From Candidatus Bathyarchaeota archaeon (GTDB lineage: Archaea > Thermoproteota > Bathyarchaeia > Bathyarchaeales > Bathyarchaeaceae), in NCBI GenBank assembly GCA_020348365.1, contig CP070749.1, positions 472,992-505,263 of the forward strand: a stretch of DNA of 32,272 nucleotides, read 5' to 3'. A program made the translations under genes and the position numbers. Shown here one piece after another: positions 8,684 to 18,958 of this stretch (positions are counted from its first letter, which is position 1; every line of letters starts with the position of its first letter). The notes under the pieces are model-generated. The model had not been told where the DNA came from. It did not search any database and worked only from the letters and a program-made list of their open reading frames with translations.

Positions 8684-9592
8684 GTGAAAGAGATCATAGA
8701 ATGTGTTCCAAATTTCAGCACATCAGACTCCGAAATTGTGAAGGCAATCTTAGACGAAGTGAGGGGAATTGAGAAAGCCTATCTACTCGACTACACTTAT
8801 GACGACTACTATAGCAGGCTCGTCGTCTCGTACGTCGGGAACAGAGACTCGGTTCTCTCGGCAGCCATTAACACTGCCAAGAAAGCCATCGAGCTCATAA
8901 ACATGAACAAACATGAAGGACAACATCCACGCATCGGAGCAGTAGACGTCGTACCTTTCATCCCAATCAGAAATGTGGAAATAGAAGACTGTGTTGAACT
9001 TGCCAGAAAGTTTGGGAGGACGCTGACAGAAGAGTGTGGTGTTCCCATCTATCTCTATGGAGAAGCCGCCACCAAACCTGAAAGAAACGATCTGGACTGG
9101 GTTAGAAGAGGCGAATATGAGAAACTTGAGGAGATGATGAAGAAGCCTGAACGGAAACCCGACTTCGGCTCGGGCTCTCCCCACCCAACAGCCGGTGCAA
9201 CCATAACTGGCGCTCGCCAAGTCATGGTAGGCTTCAACGTGAACCTTGGAACATCAAATATGGAGATAGCCAGGAAAATAGCCAAGGCAATGCATGCAAA
9301 GAAGGGGGGACTAGCCTATGTGAAGGCGATGGCCACGGAGATACCCAATAAAAACATGACTCAGATAGGCATGAGCATAACGAGTTTCGAGAAGACGCCT
9401 CTGCACAGAGTTTTTGAACTAATCAGGATCGAAGCTAATAGATACAACGTTCCGATAGTAAGCTCGGAGTTCTGCGGGTTGGCCCCTTTGAAGACAATAA
9501 CAGATGCAGCCCAACACTACCTGAAAATAGACAATCTAACCGAAGATAGAGTGCTCGAGATAGCCATACAGAGGGCAACGGAGAAAGGATGA
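8684..9592 (+). CDS. ftcD: Glutamate formimidoyltransferase (FTCD N-terminal-type)
   Basis: The N-terminus (M)KEIIECVPNFS is the hallmark start of formiminotransferases, and the length is about 300 aa. GTG start. The stop overlaps the hutI ATG (ATGA at 9589-9592). Confidence 0.85.
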   Translation: MKEIIECVPNFSTSDSEIVKAILDEVRGIEKAYLLDYTYDDYYSRLVVSYVGNRDSVLSAAINTAKKAIELINMNKHEGQHPRIGAVDVVPFIPIRNVEIEDCVELARKFGRTLTEECGVPIYLYGEAATKPERNDLDWVRRGEYEKLEEMMKKPERKPDFGSGSPHPTAGATITGARQVMVGFNVNLGTSNMEIARKIAKAMHAKKGGLAYVKAMATEIPNKNMTQIGMSITSFEKTPLHRVFELIRIEANRYNVPIVSSEFCGLAPLKTITDAAQHYLKIDNLTEDRVLEIAIQRATEKG

Positions 9593-10881
9593 GAAAGGTG
9601 GCCAAAGAAGAAGCAAATCTATTGATCGAAAAAGCAAGCGAACTCCTCACCATCAGGGGAGGAACCAAAAGCCCGATTCTAGGAAAGAGAATGCGAGATT
9701 TAGGCATCATCAGGGATGGCGCAATTGCCATCAGGAAGGGAAGAGTGGTAGCTGTAGGAAAGACCGATATGATCAGAGAGAAATTTGAAAGCAGTAACAT
9801 CATAGACGCGAGCAAGAAAGTTGTCATGCCAGGCTTTGTGGACCCTCACACGCATCTGGTCTTCGCGGGCTCAAGAGAAGAAGAGTTTGAGATGAGGGTA
9901 GAGGGAGCCGCCTACATGGAGATCCTTCAGAAAGGAGGGGGAATCTTGAAGACTGTGAAGGAGACCAGAAAAGCAGGCAGAGAGGAGCTGCTCGAGGACT
10001 GCAGGAAGACATTATCTGTTATGCTGGAGCATGGCACAACAACAGTAGAAGCAAAGAGCGGCTACGGATTAACTACAGAGGACGAGTTGAAGTGCCTGGA
10101 AGTCATGAAGCTCGCAAACACAGAACACCCTATAGAGATCGTGCCGACATTTCTGGGAGCACACGCTGTCCCCTCCGAATACAAAAACAACACAGATGGA
10201 TACGTAAACCTCGTAGCAGATGAGATGATTCCAGAGGTTACAACCCGCAAACTAGCGGAGTTCTGTGACGTATTCTGCGAACGAGGAGTATTCAACATTA
10301 AACACTCAAGAACAATTCTCTCCCAAGGAAAGAGATATGGTCTTGCGGCAAAACTGCACGCGGACGAGATGACTAGATTTGGTGGCGCTGAGTTGGCGGC
10401 CGAGATGCAAGCCATTTCGGCTAGTCATCTGCTCTTTTCTTCTGATGCCAGCCTACAGGTAATGGCGGATCAGGGGGTAGTTGCTGTTCTGCTTCCTGGA
10501 GCCTCATTTACTCTTATGACACAAATGTACGCCAATGCCAAGAGGATGATAGAGTTAGGTGTGCCTGTCGCGTTGGGAACGGACTATAACCCGAGTTGTT
10601 GGGGGGAGAATCAGCAGATGACAATTGCCTTAGCTTGCCATCAAATGAGGATGACGCCGGCGGAGGCGATAACTGCAGCGACGATAAACGCTGCCCACGC
10701 CATAAATCGGAGTCATGAGATTGGAAGTCTGGAGCTTGGAAAAAGGGCGGATATCTTGGTTTTGAACGTGCCAAATCATAGGTTCCTAGGCTACCGCTTC
10801 AGTGTAAATCTGGCGGCCAAGGTGATAAAAGACGGAAATCTTGTTGTCAATAAGGGAGTACGATCGAAAGTTGAGCCGTGA
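9589..10881 (+). CDS. hutI: Imidazolonepropionase
   Basis: PGFVDPHTHLVFAGSR, KLHADEM and GTDYNP amidohydrolase motifs. 430 aa. Confidence 0.92.
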   Translation: MRKVAKEEANLLIEKASELLTIRGGTKSPILGKRMRDLGIIRDGAIAIRKGRVVAVGKTDMIREKFESSNIIDASKKVVMPGFVDPHTHLVFAGSREEEFEMRVEGAAYMEILQKGGGILKTVKETRKAGREELLEDCRKTLSVMLEHGTTTVEAKSGYGLTTEDELKCLEVMKLANTEHPIEIVPTFLGAHAVPSEYKNNTDGYVNLVADEMIPEVTTRKLAEFCDVFCERGVFNIKHSRTILSQGKRYGLAAKLHADEMTRFGGAELAAEMQAISASHLLFSSDASLQVMADQGVVAVLLPGASFTLMTQMYANAKRMIELGVPVALGTDYNPSCWGENQQMTIALACHQMRMTPAEAITAATINAAHAINRSHEIGSLELGKRADILVLNVPNHRFLGYRFSVNLAAKVIKDGNLVVNKGVRSKVEP

Positions 10882-11006
10882 AACAGAGTTTTCTCCTCAG
10901 TGAAAAGAAGTGAAATCTTTCTGACGTTCATAGGAAATAGGCGAGAGGTAAGATTACTTATAAATAGTCTTTTTGCTCTAGGGCTTGGGGGGAAGGTGTG
11001 ACTAAG

Positions 11007-12653
11007 ATGAAAAAGACAAGGAAATGCATAACAGGCCCTGAGCTGCACTGCAAGAACTGGCAGATTGAGGGTATTCTTCGTATGTTGCATAATGTTGTTG
11101 ATTCTGAGGTCGCCAAGGATTCTGAGAACCTTATCGTTTATGGTGGTACTGGAAAGGCTGCTAGGAGCTGGGAATGCTTCAACAAGATCGATGAAACACT
11201 CAGAAAGCTAGAAATCGATGAGACGCTTCTAATCCAGAGTGGAAAGCCCGTTGGAGTCTTCAAGACGCACGAGGGGGCTCCTCGGGCTCTTCTAGTCAAT
11301 AGCATGCTCGTGCCAAAATGGGCATCATGGGACTTCTTCCACGAGTTGGAACAGAAGGGACTTATAATGTTTGGACAGATGACGGCAGGCTCATGGGCGT
11401 ACATCGGAACACAGGGTATCCTACAAGGAACCTACGAAACACTGGCAGCGGTTGCAAAGGAGAACTTCAATGGAACCCTGCAAGGAAGACTGGTTCTCAC
11501 AGCAGGCCTAGGCGAGATGGGGGGAGCGCAACCACTAGCCGTAACCATGAACGAAGGCGTAGCTCTGGTCGTAGAAATCAACAAGGACGCCATCAAACGC
11601 AGACTGAAACATGGATATCTCGAAGCTTGGACCGACGACTTGGGCGAAGCAATCGACACAGTGACCCAAGCCAAGGAAGACAATACTCCTAGAAGTATCG
11701 GGCTTCTCGGCAACGCAGCGGAGATACATCCCGAACTCGTAGAGAGGAATGTTGTCCCAGACATTGTCACGGATCAGACAGCCGCCCACGACCCCCTCAA
11801 CGGATACTACCCAGCTGGGCTTTCCGTAGAAGAAGCTGATGAACTCCGGGAAAACGATCCAGACAGGTACATGGAAAAGGCTAGGGCAAGCATTCACACC
11901 CAGGTAAAAGCTATGGTTCAGATGATGCAGAAGGGCACAATCACTTTCGAGTACGGCAATAACATTAGACAGGAAGCATACAACGACGGCTTCAAAGACG
12001 CGTTCACATTTCCAGGATTTGTGAAGAGATACATAAGACCGATGTTTTGCGAGGGAAAAGGCCCTTTCAGATGGGCCTCGCTAGTTGGCGACCCAGGAGA
12101 CATCTACACCTTAGACGATGTTATCCTAACAGAGTTCTCATACAACAAGGGACTCTGCCGTTGGATACAAAAAGCGAAGGAACACGTCAAGTTCCAAGGC
12201 CTACCGGCGAGAGTCTGCTGGCTGGGATTCGGGGAAAGAGCCAGATTCGGGAAAATCATGAACGATATGGTCCGTGAAGGAAAACTCTCAGGTCCCATAT
12301 GGATTGGAAGAGATCACCTAGACGGTGGAAGCGTGGCATCGCCGAACAGAGAAACCGAGGGCATGCAGGACGGAAGCGATGCCATAGCAGATTGGCCAAT
12401 TCTAAACGCGCTTTTGAATGCTGTGGCTGGAGCAACATGGGTTTCAGTACATCATGGAGGCGGAGTGGGAATAGGCTACAGCATCCACGCTGGAATGTGC
12501 CTAGTCGCAGACGGAACCAAAAAAGCTGAGAAGAGGCTAATTCGAGTTCTAACCACCGACCCGGGTACGGCCATCATCCGACATGCCGACGCGGGCTATC
12601 AGAGAGCCAAGAACATAGCTAGCGACAGAGGAATTCACATACCGATGCTATAA
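11007..12653 (+). CDS. hutU: Urocanate hydratase (urocanase)
   Basis: [15 protein letters not shown] and [12 protein letters not shown] (NAD site), with a length of about 550 aa. The ATG at 11007 is preferred, because the GTG at 10998 lies inside the GGGGGGAAGGTG Shine-Dalgarno-like run. Confidence 0.95.
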   Translation: MKKTRKCITGPELHCKNWQIEGILRMLHNVVDSEVAKDSENLIVYGGTGKAARSWECFNKIDETLRKLEIDETLLIQSGKPVGVFKTHEGAPRALLVNSMLVPKWASWDFFHELEQKGLIMFGQMTAGSWAYIGTQGILQGTYETLAAVAKENFNGTLQGRLVLTAGLGEMGGAQPLAVTMNEGVALVVEINKDAIKRRLKHGYLEAWTDDLGEAIDTVTQAKEDNTPRSIGLLGNAAEIHPELVERNVVPDIVTDQTAAHDPLNGYYPAGLSVEEADELRENDPDRYMEKARASIHTQVKAMVQMMQKGTITFEYGNNIRQEAYNDGFKDAFTFPGFVKRYIRPMFCEGKGPFRWASLVGDPGDIYTLDDVILTEFSYNKGLCRWIQKAKEHVKFQGLPARVCWLGFGERARFGKIMNDMVREGKLSGPIWIGRDHLDGGSVASPNRETEGMQDGSDAIADWPILNALLNAVAGATWVSVHHGGGVGIGYSIHAGMCLVADGTKKAEKRLIRVLTTDPGTAIIRHADAGYQRAKNIASDRGIHIPML

Positions 12654-12706
12654 ATGATGCACTTTACCTATCATATACGCCGCTCTTAAAGGAGGAAAGA
12701 CAAGAC

Positions 12707-14278
12707 TTGAACAGTGTGCTAATTGACGGAGAAAGCTTGACTACAAAAGATGTAATTGCAGTCTCACGCAATAACGATCCTGTGGAGATCGCGCAGAAAG
12801 CAAGGGAGAAGGTGAAAAAATCTAGACGAGCTCTTGAAGAGTTCATTAAGAAGGAGAAGGTGGTCTATGGCGTCACGACTGGATTTGGAGCCTTTGGCAG
12901 CGTGGTTATTCCCTCTGAGCGCATCAAAGAGCTACAATATAACTTGATTAGGAGTCACTCTGCGGGTGTAGGAAAGCCGTTAGACAGAGATGTGACGAGA
13001 GCATTGATGCTGCTAAGGGCGAATACCCTCGCTAAGGGAAACTCTGGAATAAAACTGGTGACCCTCGAGACCCTGGTTCAGATGATCAACAAGGGCGTAC
13101 ATCCATTAATCCCAGAAAAGGGCTCGGTGAGTGCAAGTGGCGATCTCGCTCCATTGTCTCACATGACACTGGTTATGATGGGCGAAGGTGAAGCCGAGTT
13201 TGAAGGAAAAGTAATGAATGGCCAGCAAGCCATGAGTAAGGCGGGGATTACCCCCATCAAACTTGATTTCAAAGAGGGATTAGCCTTAAATAACGGCACC
13301 CAGATGGTGACAGCGATCGGAGTCTTAGCCATCCACGACACGGAAAGACTGATAAAAACCGCAGAAATAGCAGCCTCACTGAGCCTGGAAGCCCTAAGCG
13401 GGATATCCGACGCCTTCGATGAAAAGATACATAATGTTAGACCACATCCAGGTCAGATTAAAACCGCCAGAAACATACGCCTACTCACAAGTGGAAGTCA
13501 GATAATAAGATCAAGCAGTGATGTAATCAAAGAAATCAGGAGATCCAAGACGAGACATCCTCAAGACCCATACAGCTTGAGGTGCATTCCTCAAGTTCTA
13601 GGAGCGGCCAGAGACGCTGCTTCATATGCAAGAAGAATTATCGAGACCGAAATCAATTCAGCAACAGATAATCCTTTGATCTTCGCTGAAGATGGAGAAT
13701 GCCTATCTGGCGGAAACTTTCACGGGCAACCAATTTCTGTTGTAATGGACCTACTGGGGATTGCTCTGACGACCGTTGGTAACATGTCAGAGCGGAGAAT
13801 CGCCAGGCTCATTGATGAAAACCTAAGCCAAGGATTACCACCCTTCCTGATTCACAGCGAAGTTGAGAAGGGAATACACAGTGGTTTCATGTCCGTTCAA
13901 TACACGGCGGCTGCCTTGGCTTCAGAGAACAAAACCATGGCCCATCCAGCAAGTGTCGATTCAATTCCAACATCAGCGAACTTTGAAGATTTTGTAAGCA
14001 TGGGATCGATTGCAGCTAGGAAAGCTACGAGAATTCTTGTAAATTCAGAGTATATTTTGGCTATTGAACTTTTATGCGCGGCTCAGGCGGTAGAATTTCG
14101 AGGCTCTGAGAAACTTGGTCAGGGAACGAGAGTGGCGTATTCACTGATTAGAGAAAAGGTACCTATGTTGAGGAAAGACCGAGTGATGTCCAAGGATATA
14201 GAAGATGTGGGGAAGTTGATTAGGAACGGACGATTCGTAGAGGCAGTGGAAAGGGCATCGATTCATAGACAGTCTTAA
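12707..14278 (+). CDS. hutH: Histidine ammonia-lyase
   Basis: GSVSASGDLAPLSH contains the Ala-Ser-Gly MIO-forming triad (about 13133-13141). 523 aa. TTG start 11 nt after GGAGG (12691-12695). The GTG at 12716 is an alternative start. Confidence 0.95.
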   Translation: MNSVLIDGESLTTKDVIAVSRNNDPVEIAQKAREKVKKSRRALEEFIKKEKVVYGVTTGFGAFGSVVIPSERIKELQYNLIRSHSAGVGKPLDRDVTRALMLLRANTLAKGNSGIKLVTLETLVQMINKGVHPLIPEKGSVSASGDLAPLSHMTLVMMGEGEAEFEGKVMNGQQAMSKAGITPIKLDFKEGLALNNGTQMVTAIGVLAIHDTERLIKTAEIAASLSLEALSGISDAFDEKIHNVRPHPGQIKTARNIRLLTSGSQIIRSSSDVIKEIRRSKTRHPQDPYSLRCIPQVLGAARDAASYARRIIETEINSATDNPLIFAEDGECLSGGNFHGQPISVVMDLLGIALTTVGNMSERRIARLIDENLSQGLPPFLIHSEVEKGIHSGFMSVQYTAAALASENKTMAHPASVDSIPTSANFEDFVSMGSIAARKATRILVNSEYILAIELLCAAQAVEFRGSEKLGQGTRVAYSLIREKVPMLRKDRVMSKDIEDVGKLIRNGRFVEAVERASIHRQS

Positions 14279-14426
14279 TACTGCGCTCTATTGATTATGC
14301 TAGTTCTTCTAAGACTCGCATCCGTTTAACGATGTTGGGATGAGAAGGGAAAATGCATGCTGCCATGTAGGACCCTGCACGCATTCTAATGCGTCGTCCG
14401 CGTGCAGCACCCGGGATTGGATAACT

Positions 14427-15215
14427 TTAGAGTCTAACCGTTTGAAGCTTGCGTAGGCCACATACGTCTAGAACCGTTTCAAATTCTTCTCTTGTATGCA
14501 TCTTTTTGTACTTCCTCAAAGCCCTGATTAACTTTCCCTTGTCGATTTCGCCTAGTCTGTCTTCTATCATCCTTGCTACCGAGCCTCCGATGAATAGGTA
14601 TTGGCAGACAGAGGTTACGTTAGCGGCTCTTCTATCAGTGCTTGCAGTTTCGAAATCAACCAAGCAGGGCTTGTCATCCTCTCCTACAACGATGTGTTTG
14701 GGAGCTCTGCTGAGTTCTCCATGATCCAGACTCACTTTATCAAGCCTCCAGCATTGCTCTAAAACAGCCAAGAGAACATAGCGAATCCTGGATTTAAAGC
14801 GTTCTTTCACCCCTTCAATCCATTTGGGCAGTGTTGTCCCCTCAACAAACTCCATCACAAGAAAGTTGTCCGTGGCATCAATCAAATCGGGTCCAACAGC
14901 AGCCGTATTCGCCTTTCTCTGCATCTCAGCTTCATGCAGCATCCCACTCCGATTCGCATCCACTCTACGAATCTTGAGGGCGACCTTTCGTCCACCCAAG
15001 CTTGCTGAAACAACAATGCCACAATGGCCCTTGCCCAAGACAGGCATATTGAATACCCTTTTCTCCCCGTTGAACTCCAATGCTTGCACTCCAAGATTCT
15101 CAAGCTCCCACACACGCCTTCTCAATTCCTTCAAGTCATACCGTGGATAGCACAGTATCTTAGCGCATTCTGGCTCATGAAGTCTCTCTAAAGGAACCAC
15201 TCCATCATCAATCAA
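14427..15215 (-). CDS. Atypical Ser/Thr protein kinase, RIO/Bud32-like
   Basis: Gly-loop-like LGKGHCGIVV, VALKIRR (catalytic Lys), LDHGELSRAPKHIVV and LVDFETAS (DFG-like). TTG start. I cannot assign a subfamily (Rio1, Rio2 or other). Confidence 0.6.
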   Translation of the reverse strand: MIDDGVVPLERLHEPECAKILCYPRYDLKELRRRVWELENLGVQALEFNGEKRVFNMPVLGKGHCGIVVSASLGGRKVALKIRRVDANRSGMLHEAEMQRKANTAAVGPDLIDATDNFLVMEFVEGTTLPKWIEGVKERFKSRIRYVLLAVLEQCWRLDKVSLDHGELSRAPKHIVVGEDDKPCLVDFETASTDRRAANVTSVCQYLFIGGSVARMIEDRLGEIDKGKLIRALRKYKKMHTREEFETVLDVCGLRKLQTVRL

Positions 15216-15527
15216 TGAAGGTCCTCAACATGCCCTGTTTAACCAACATTCCTGTTAGCTTCCGATTCTGCAACCAACGCCCTTCTTCAAAGGCTGCCAT
15301 GCTAAAAACTTATCTCATTCGTTTTATCTCCATTGGGAGTAATTGCCAGCGCAATTGCACGCGTCAACGTGAGTGCGCGCCTTGAGATATCGATAAATCA
15401 AACAAACGCTTCTCAGAGATTCCAAGTGAAGACAGGAGACTCTATTAGCATAACACTTCGAACATGGTAACGATGGTTCGGAAGAAAGAAGCGTCTAAAG
15501 ACGTTGATGCATGCAGTCCATAAGCCA

Positions 15528-15833
15528 CTAACTCTGTAAGAGCCGGGCTGATCTGTCTTGGGGCGTTCTCACTTCTTCAACGATCTTTGTACCTGCTGCG
15601 ACCTCGTCCACGGAGTGTACGGCTGCGCCTAGACTTTCAAGTTTATTCTTCACGTCTTCGAAGTTTATGTTGGTTCCACCAAGAATTATCTTCACGTTCT
15701 CGACTTTCTGGTCTATTTCGTAAGTTACTATGTTTACTCCTTCTATACCATTTAGCTCGCTAAGCTCTTTGGAAAGCTCGACTATGCCGGGATTGTGGGG
15801 TTTCAAAACGTCCAAGACGAGTCTTCTTATCAT
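15528..15833 (-). CDS. DUF211 family protein
   Basis: MIRRLVLDVLKPHNPGIVELSKELSELNGIEGVNIVTYEIDQKVENVKIILGG...HSVDEV matches the conserved archaeal DUF211 pattern as I remember it. Confidence 0.75.
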   Translation of the reverse strand: MIRRLVLDVLKPHNPGIVELSKELSELNGIEGVNIVTYEIDQKVENVKIILGGTNINFEDVKNKLESLGAAVHSVDEVAAGTKIVEEVRTPQDRSARLLQS

Positions 15834-15912
15834 CCTAGACCTACGTACATACGTTGGGGCCTCGAGTATTTAAATTCATTCCCGAGGGTGAAGGTTAATG
15901 TTTATTTCCATT

Positions 15913-16437
15913 CTAGATCTTGTCTGTTTTCGCTAGGTCTTGCAGCCTTCCCAAGCCGTTGATCTCTTTGATGAACTCGGCCACGCTCTCCGCGACGAGT
16001 TCTTCCCAACCCTCTCCAATCAACATTCTCTTCCGTATGTTGGTGGATGAGTATATCTTTCGCCTATGGAATGGGACAGGCTCAATATTGTAGCCCGCCT
16101 CGATGAAGAGGCGACGGGTAAGCGGCTCATTTGTGTACACGACATCGAATTCTGGGCAATAGCCTACGACTTGGGCAACCCAGATTGCGTGTATGTGTAG
16201 GTCTGGCACTGGAACAATCAGATATTTTGATGGTGAAATATTCTCTTCTTCCATAGATCGCCGGATCATTGTGATACGTTCACCTGTGGTGAACGGGTTG
16301 TCGAGTGTGTGGCTGTACTGAGAGCTGCCAGCGACCATCACGAGCTCATCAACCCTTTTCAATATGGCTTTCACAGCCTCAAGATGTCCTTTATGGAAGG
16401 GCTGGAACCTTCCTACAAAGAGCCCGCGGTTCGTCAT
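15913..16437 (-). CDS. nadM: Nicotinamide-nucleotide adenylyltransferase, archaeal type
   Basis: RGLFVGRFQPFHKGHLEAVK (HxGH nucleotidyltransferase motif) and SSTNIRKRM. 174 aa. Confidence 0.92.
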   Translation of the reverse strand: MTNRGLFVGRFQPFHKGHLEAVKAILKRVDELVMVAGSSQYSHTLDNPFTTGERITMIRRSMEEENISPSKYLIVPVPDLHIHAIWVAQVVGYCPEFDVVYTNEPLTRRLFIEAGYNIEPVPFHRRKIYSSTNIRKRMLIGEGWEELVAESVAEFIKEINGLGRLQDLAKTDKI

Positions 16438-16541
16438 ACCATGTGCACCGAGATTTATTGTTATTGGTTAGATGGATTTAATTGTTTGTGGCTTCTGTTT
16501 GCGCGCGGCTCTTAATGACCTATTTTGGCCATTCCGTTAGG

Positions 16542-16554
16542 TTTATTATAAATA
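16542..16554 (+). promoter_or_regulatory. TATA-box-like element (TTTATTATAAATA) for the downstream membrane protein gene
   Basis: A strong AT-rich box preceded by CGTTAGG (BRE-like), in the divergent spacer between nadM and the membrane protein ORF. It lies inside the 5' part of the ORF-track model, which argues for a downstream start. Confidence 0.4.
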
Positions 16555-16595
16555 GGCACGAAATAAATTGGGCAAGACCAGAGGTCAAACGCGAC

Positions 16596-17384
16596 GTGAG
16601 TGCTGACAAAGTGAGCCATAAGAGAAGAGAATTCAATTCAGGCCTCATAGTATTCATTCCGTTTGGCGCCCTTCTAATTCATATTTTCCATCGAAGTATG
16701 CCACTGAAATGGGCCTCTCTTGCTTCTCTGCTCAAGTCGATCTCCCTGTTCTCCATCTATACAAACATCACAAGGAAAGACATCTTGTGGAGCATATTTG
16801 GAGTTTGGGCTTTTCTTACAGTCTGCATGACGGTTTATTTGAGCACGGTGGGAGCCCCTGCTCACATACCCACTAAGAAATACCCTGGAAAGATTGCTTT
16901 CACAAATCTTTTCAAGATGTGTTCAAACAGCGTCTTTTATGATTACAGAACCGCCCTCTTGGCGAAGATCCCCCTGGTAGTACAGGTATTGGCTGCGGGC
17001 TCTATACTCTACCAGATTTTTGGGATCGACTGGGTTATGCATGCGCTGGCGGGATTTGGGATAGGAGCGGCTGTCATGAAGGCCTACAAAACAGCTGTGA
17101 AACATTACGGATACAGCAACCTAGTCTCATATTTCCGTCTAGATAGATTCAGGATTTTCAGAGTTGAACGAAAAACGGGGTCCGCAGAATTCGCAATCTT
17201 CGGCATCGTGATTGCAGCTCTGATATGGGAACTCATGGAAAGAGCTGCTTACTTTGTGTCACCCTCTAATGTATTGAGAATAGGACCAGAATCGCCCATG
17301 AATATCTTCGGCGATATGATCTTCGATATTATTGGTGGAATTATTGCGTGGGTGCTTATCAACTGCAAACTGAAATGGTTTTGA
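16596..17384 (+). CDS. Hypothetical multi-pass membrane protein
   Basis: Several hydrophobic segments (LIVFIPFGALLIHIF, ILWSIFGVWAFLTVCMTVYL, IPLVVQVLAAGSILYQIFGI, FAIFGIVIAALIW, IFDIIGGIIAWVLI). I recognise no family. The GTG at 16596 is chosen because of the TATA-like box at 16542-16554. The ORF-track start at 16482 remains possible. Confidence 0.5.
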   Translation: MSADKVSHKRREFNSGLIVFIPFGALLIHIFHRSMPLKWASLASLLKSISLFSIYTNITRKDILWSIFGVWAFLTVCMTVYLSTVGAPAHIPTKKYPGKIAFTNLFKMCSNSVFYDYRTALLAKIPLVVQVLAAGSILYQIFGIDWVMHALAGFGIGAAVMKAYKTAVKHYGYSNLVSYFRLDRFRIFRVERKTGSAEFAIFGIVIAALIWELMERAAYFVSPSNVLRIGPESPMNIFGDMIFDIIGGIIAWVLINCKLKWF

Positions 17385-17498
17385 ACTCATCGCTCTCTAA
17401 GTAATGACTTAGACAAGGCTACGGAAAGACCAGAAACTTTATCATTAAGCTTAATAGTCACTCAATAAAATACTGCATCAAGCCAAGAGGAAGAAATT

Positions 17499-18116
17499 AT
17501 GTACGAAGATTCGCAGCGCCAATCCTTCTTCATACCTGGCGCAACCACCATCGGCGCAGTCTGCTCCGATGGCGTGATTCTGGCTTCAGAGAAGAGAGTA
17601 TCCTATGGCTATATGGTGGTCAGCCGAGTTGGAAAGAAAGTTTTTAAGATTACTAACAGAATAGGCGCAGCGTGTGCAGGGTTGGTTTCTGACATGCAAA
17701 TTCTAGTCAGGGAAGTAGAAGCCTACGCGAACCTATTTAATCTTGACGCTGGGAGGCCTATGCCAGTGAAGTCGACGGCGAAGGTTATGTCAAACCTACT
17801 CTTTAGTCGTAGGCTAGCCCCGCTAATCACCCAGACGATCGTGGGCGGAATGGATGAGGATGGAGCATCTCTCTACGTATTGGACGTATTAGGTTCAGTT
17901 ATCCCGGACAAATACGCCGCCGTGGGCTCAGGAGCAGAGATAGCCATCGGAGTGTTGGAGGAGCGATACAAAGACGGGATGACTACAGAAGAAGCGAAAG
18001 AACTGCTAGTCAGGGCTATGAAATCCGCTGTGAGACGAGACATTATGAGCGGTGATGGAGCAGATTTCCTCATTATTACCGATCAAGGGATTCAGGAAGA
18101 ATTGATTGAATTCTGA
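17499..18116 (+). CDS. psmB: Proteasome subunit beta
   Basis: Short propeptide followed by G/TTIGAVCSDGVILASEKR (Thr1 nucleophile context). 205 aa. Confidence 0.93.
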   Translation: MYEDSQRQSFFIPGATTIGAVCSDGVILASEKRVSYGYMVVSRVGKKVFKITNRIGAACAGLVSDMQILVREVEAYANLFNLDAGRPMPVKSTAKVMSNLLFSRRLAPLITQTIVGGMDEDGASLYVLDVLGSVIPDKYAAVGSGAEIAIGVLEERYKDGMTTEEAKELLVRAMKSAVRRDIMSGDGADFLIITDQGIQEELIEF

Positions 18117-18282
18117 CAATAGCGAACTTTCTCTCAAATCTTTCACAATTGGTGTCGTTGTTATAGCATAACTGATCCAGACTTCTTTGAAGCAGCAGAC
18201 CCTTGTCAATAGAAATAATAACTGGATTCAGATCCCTAGAGTAGCAATCAGTACTGTGTCACCAGAAGTCAGGGGGCGCCTT

Positions 18283-18912
18283 GTGTCGTTGCAGCTAACC
18301 TCTGAAGAGGGAAATCTCCTCGTGAAGCTCGCTAGAAGAGCCGTGGAAGAACACCTAAGAAGCGGTGAGATCATAGACCCCCCTGAAAATCTCCCGCAAA
18401 AGCTTATGGAGCGTTGTGGAGTCTTTGTCACGCTAAACAGCTTTAGACACGGAAAGAGAGAGCTGAGAGGATGCATTGGTTTTCCCTATCCAACATACTC
18501 CTTGGCTCGTGCCGTGATCGAGTCAGCTATAAACTCAGCCACACAAGATCCTCGCTTTCTGTCCACCTCTGTTGAAGAGCTTGACCAGATTATATTTGAG
18601 GTCAGCGTTCTCACACCACCTCAGCTCATAAGAGTAGAGAAGCCCCAAGATTACCCATCTGAAATAGAGATAGGCCAAGATGGCTTGATTGTGGAAAGGG
18701 GTTATCACAAAGGTCTTCTCCTCCCTCAGGTACCAGTCGAGTGGGGTTGGGACGAGGAGGAGTTCCTATGCCGGTCCTGTTTAAAAGCCAGTCTCCCGCC
18801 AGACTGTTGGTTAACCAAAGGAACGAGAATTCACAAGTTTGGTTGTGTTATTGCACAAGAGACCACGCCGGGAGGTAAGGTTGTCGTAAATGACACGCGG
18901 GGTCCTCATTAG
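18283..18912 (+). CDS. AMMECR1 domain protein
   Basis: LTSEEGNLLVKLARRAVEEHL, LRGCIGFPYP and LLPQV motifs. The GTG at 18283, preceded by AGGGGG, is preferred over the TTG at 18187, based on the usual length of about 200 aa. Confidence 0.82.
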   Translation: MSLQLTSEEGNLLVKLARRAVEEHLRSGEIIDPPENLPQKLMERCGVFVTLNSFRHGKRELRGCIGFPYPTYSLARAVIESAINSATQDPRFLSTSVEELDQIIFEVSVLTPPQLIRVEKPQDYPSEIEIGQDGLIVERGYHKGLLLPQVPVEWGWDEEEFLCRSCLKASLPPDCWLTKGTRIHKFGCVIAQETTPGGKVVVNDTRGPH

Positions 18913-18958
18913 TCTTGGCACGTATGCATTCAACTGAAGCTCATGCATCGTAGAAGAC

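Noticed and set aside
15208-15300. 30-codon ATG ORF (MAAFEEGRWLQNRKLTGMLVKQGMLRTFID) overlapping the TTG start of the kinase gene, as a uORF or a sign of a frameshift
   Set aside because: It has no Shine-Dalgarno element and no recognisable similarity. The kinase frame is intact from the TTG, and an overlap of this size is easily produced by chance. I kept it only as a note.
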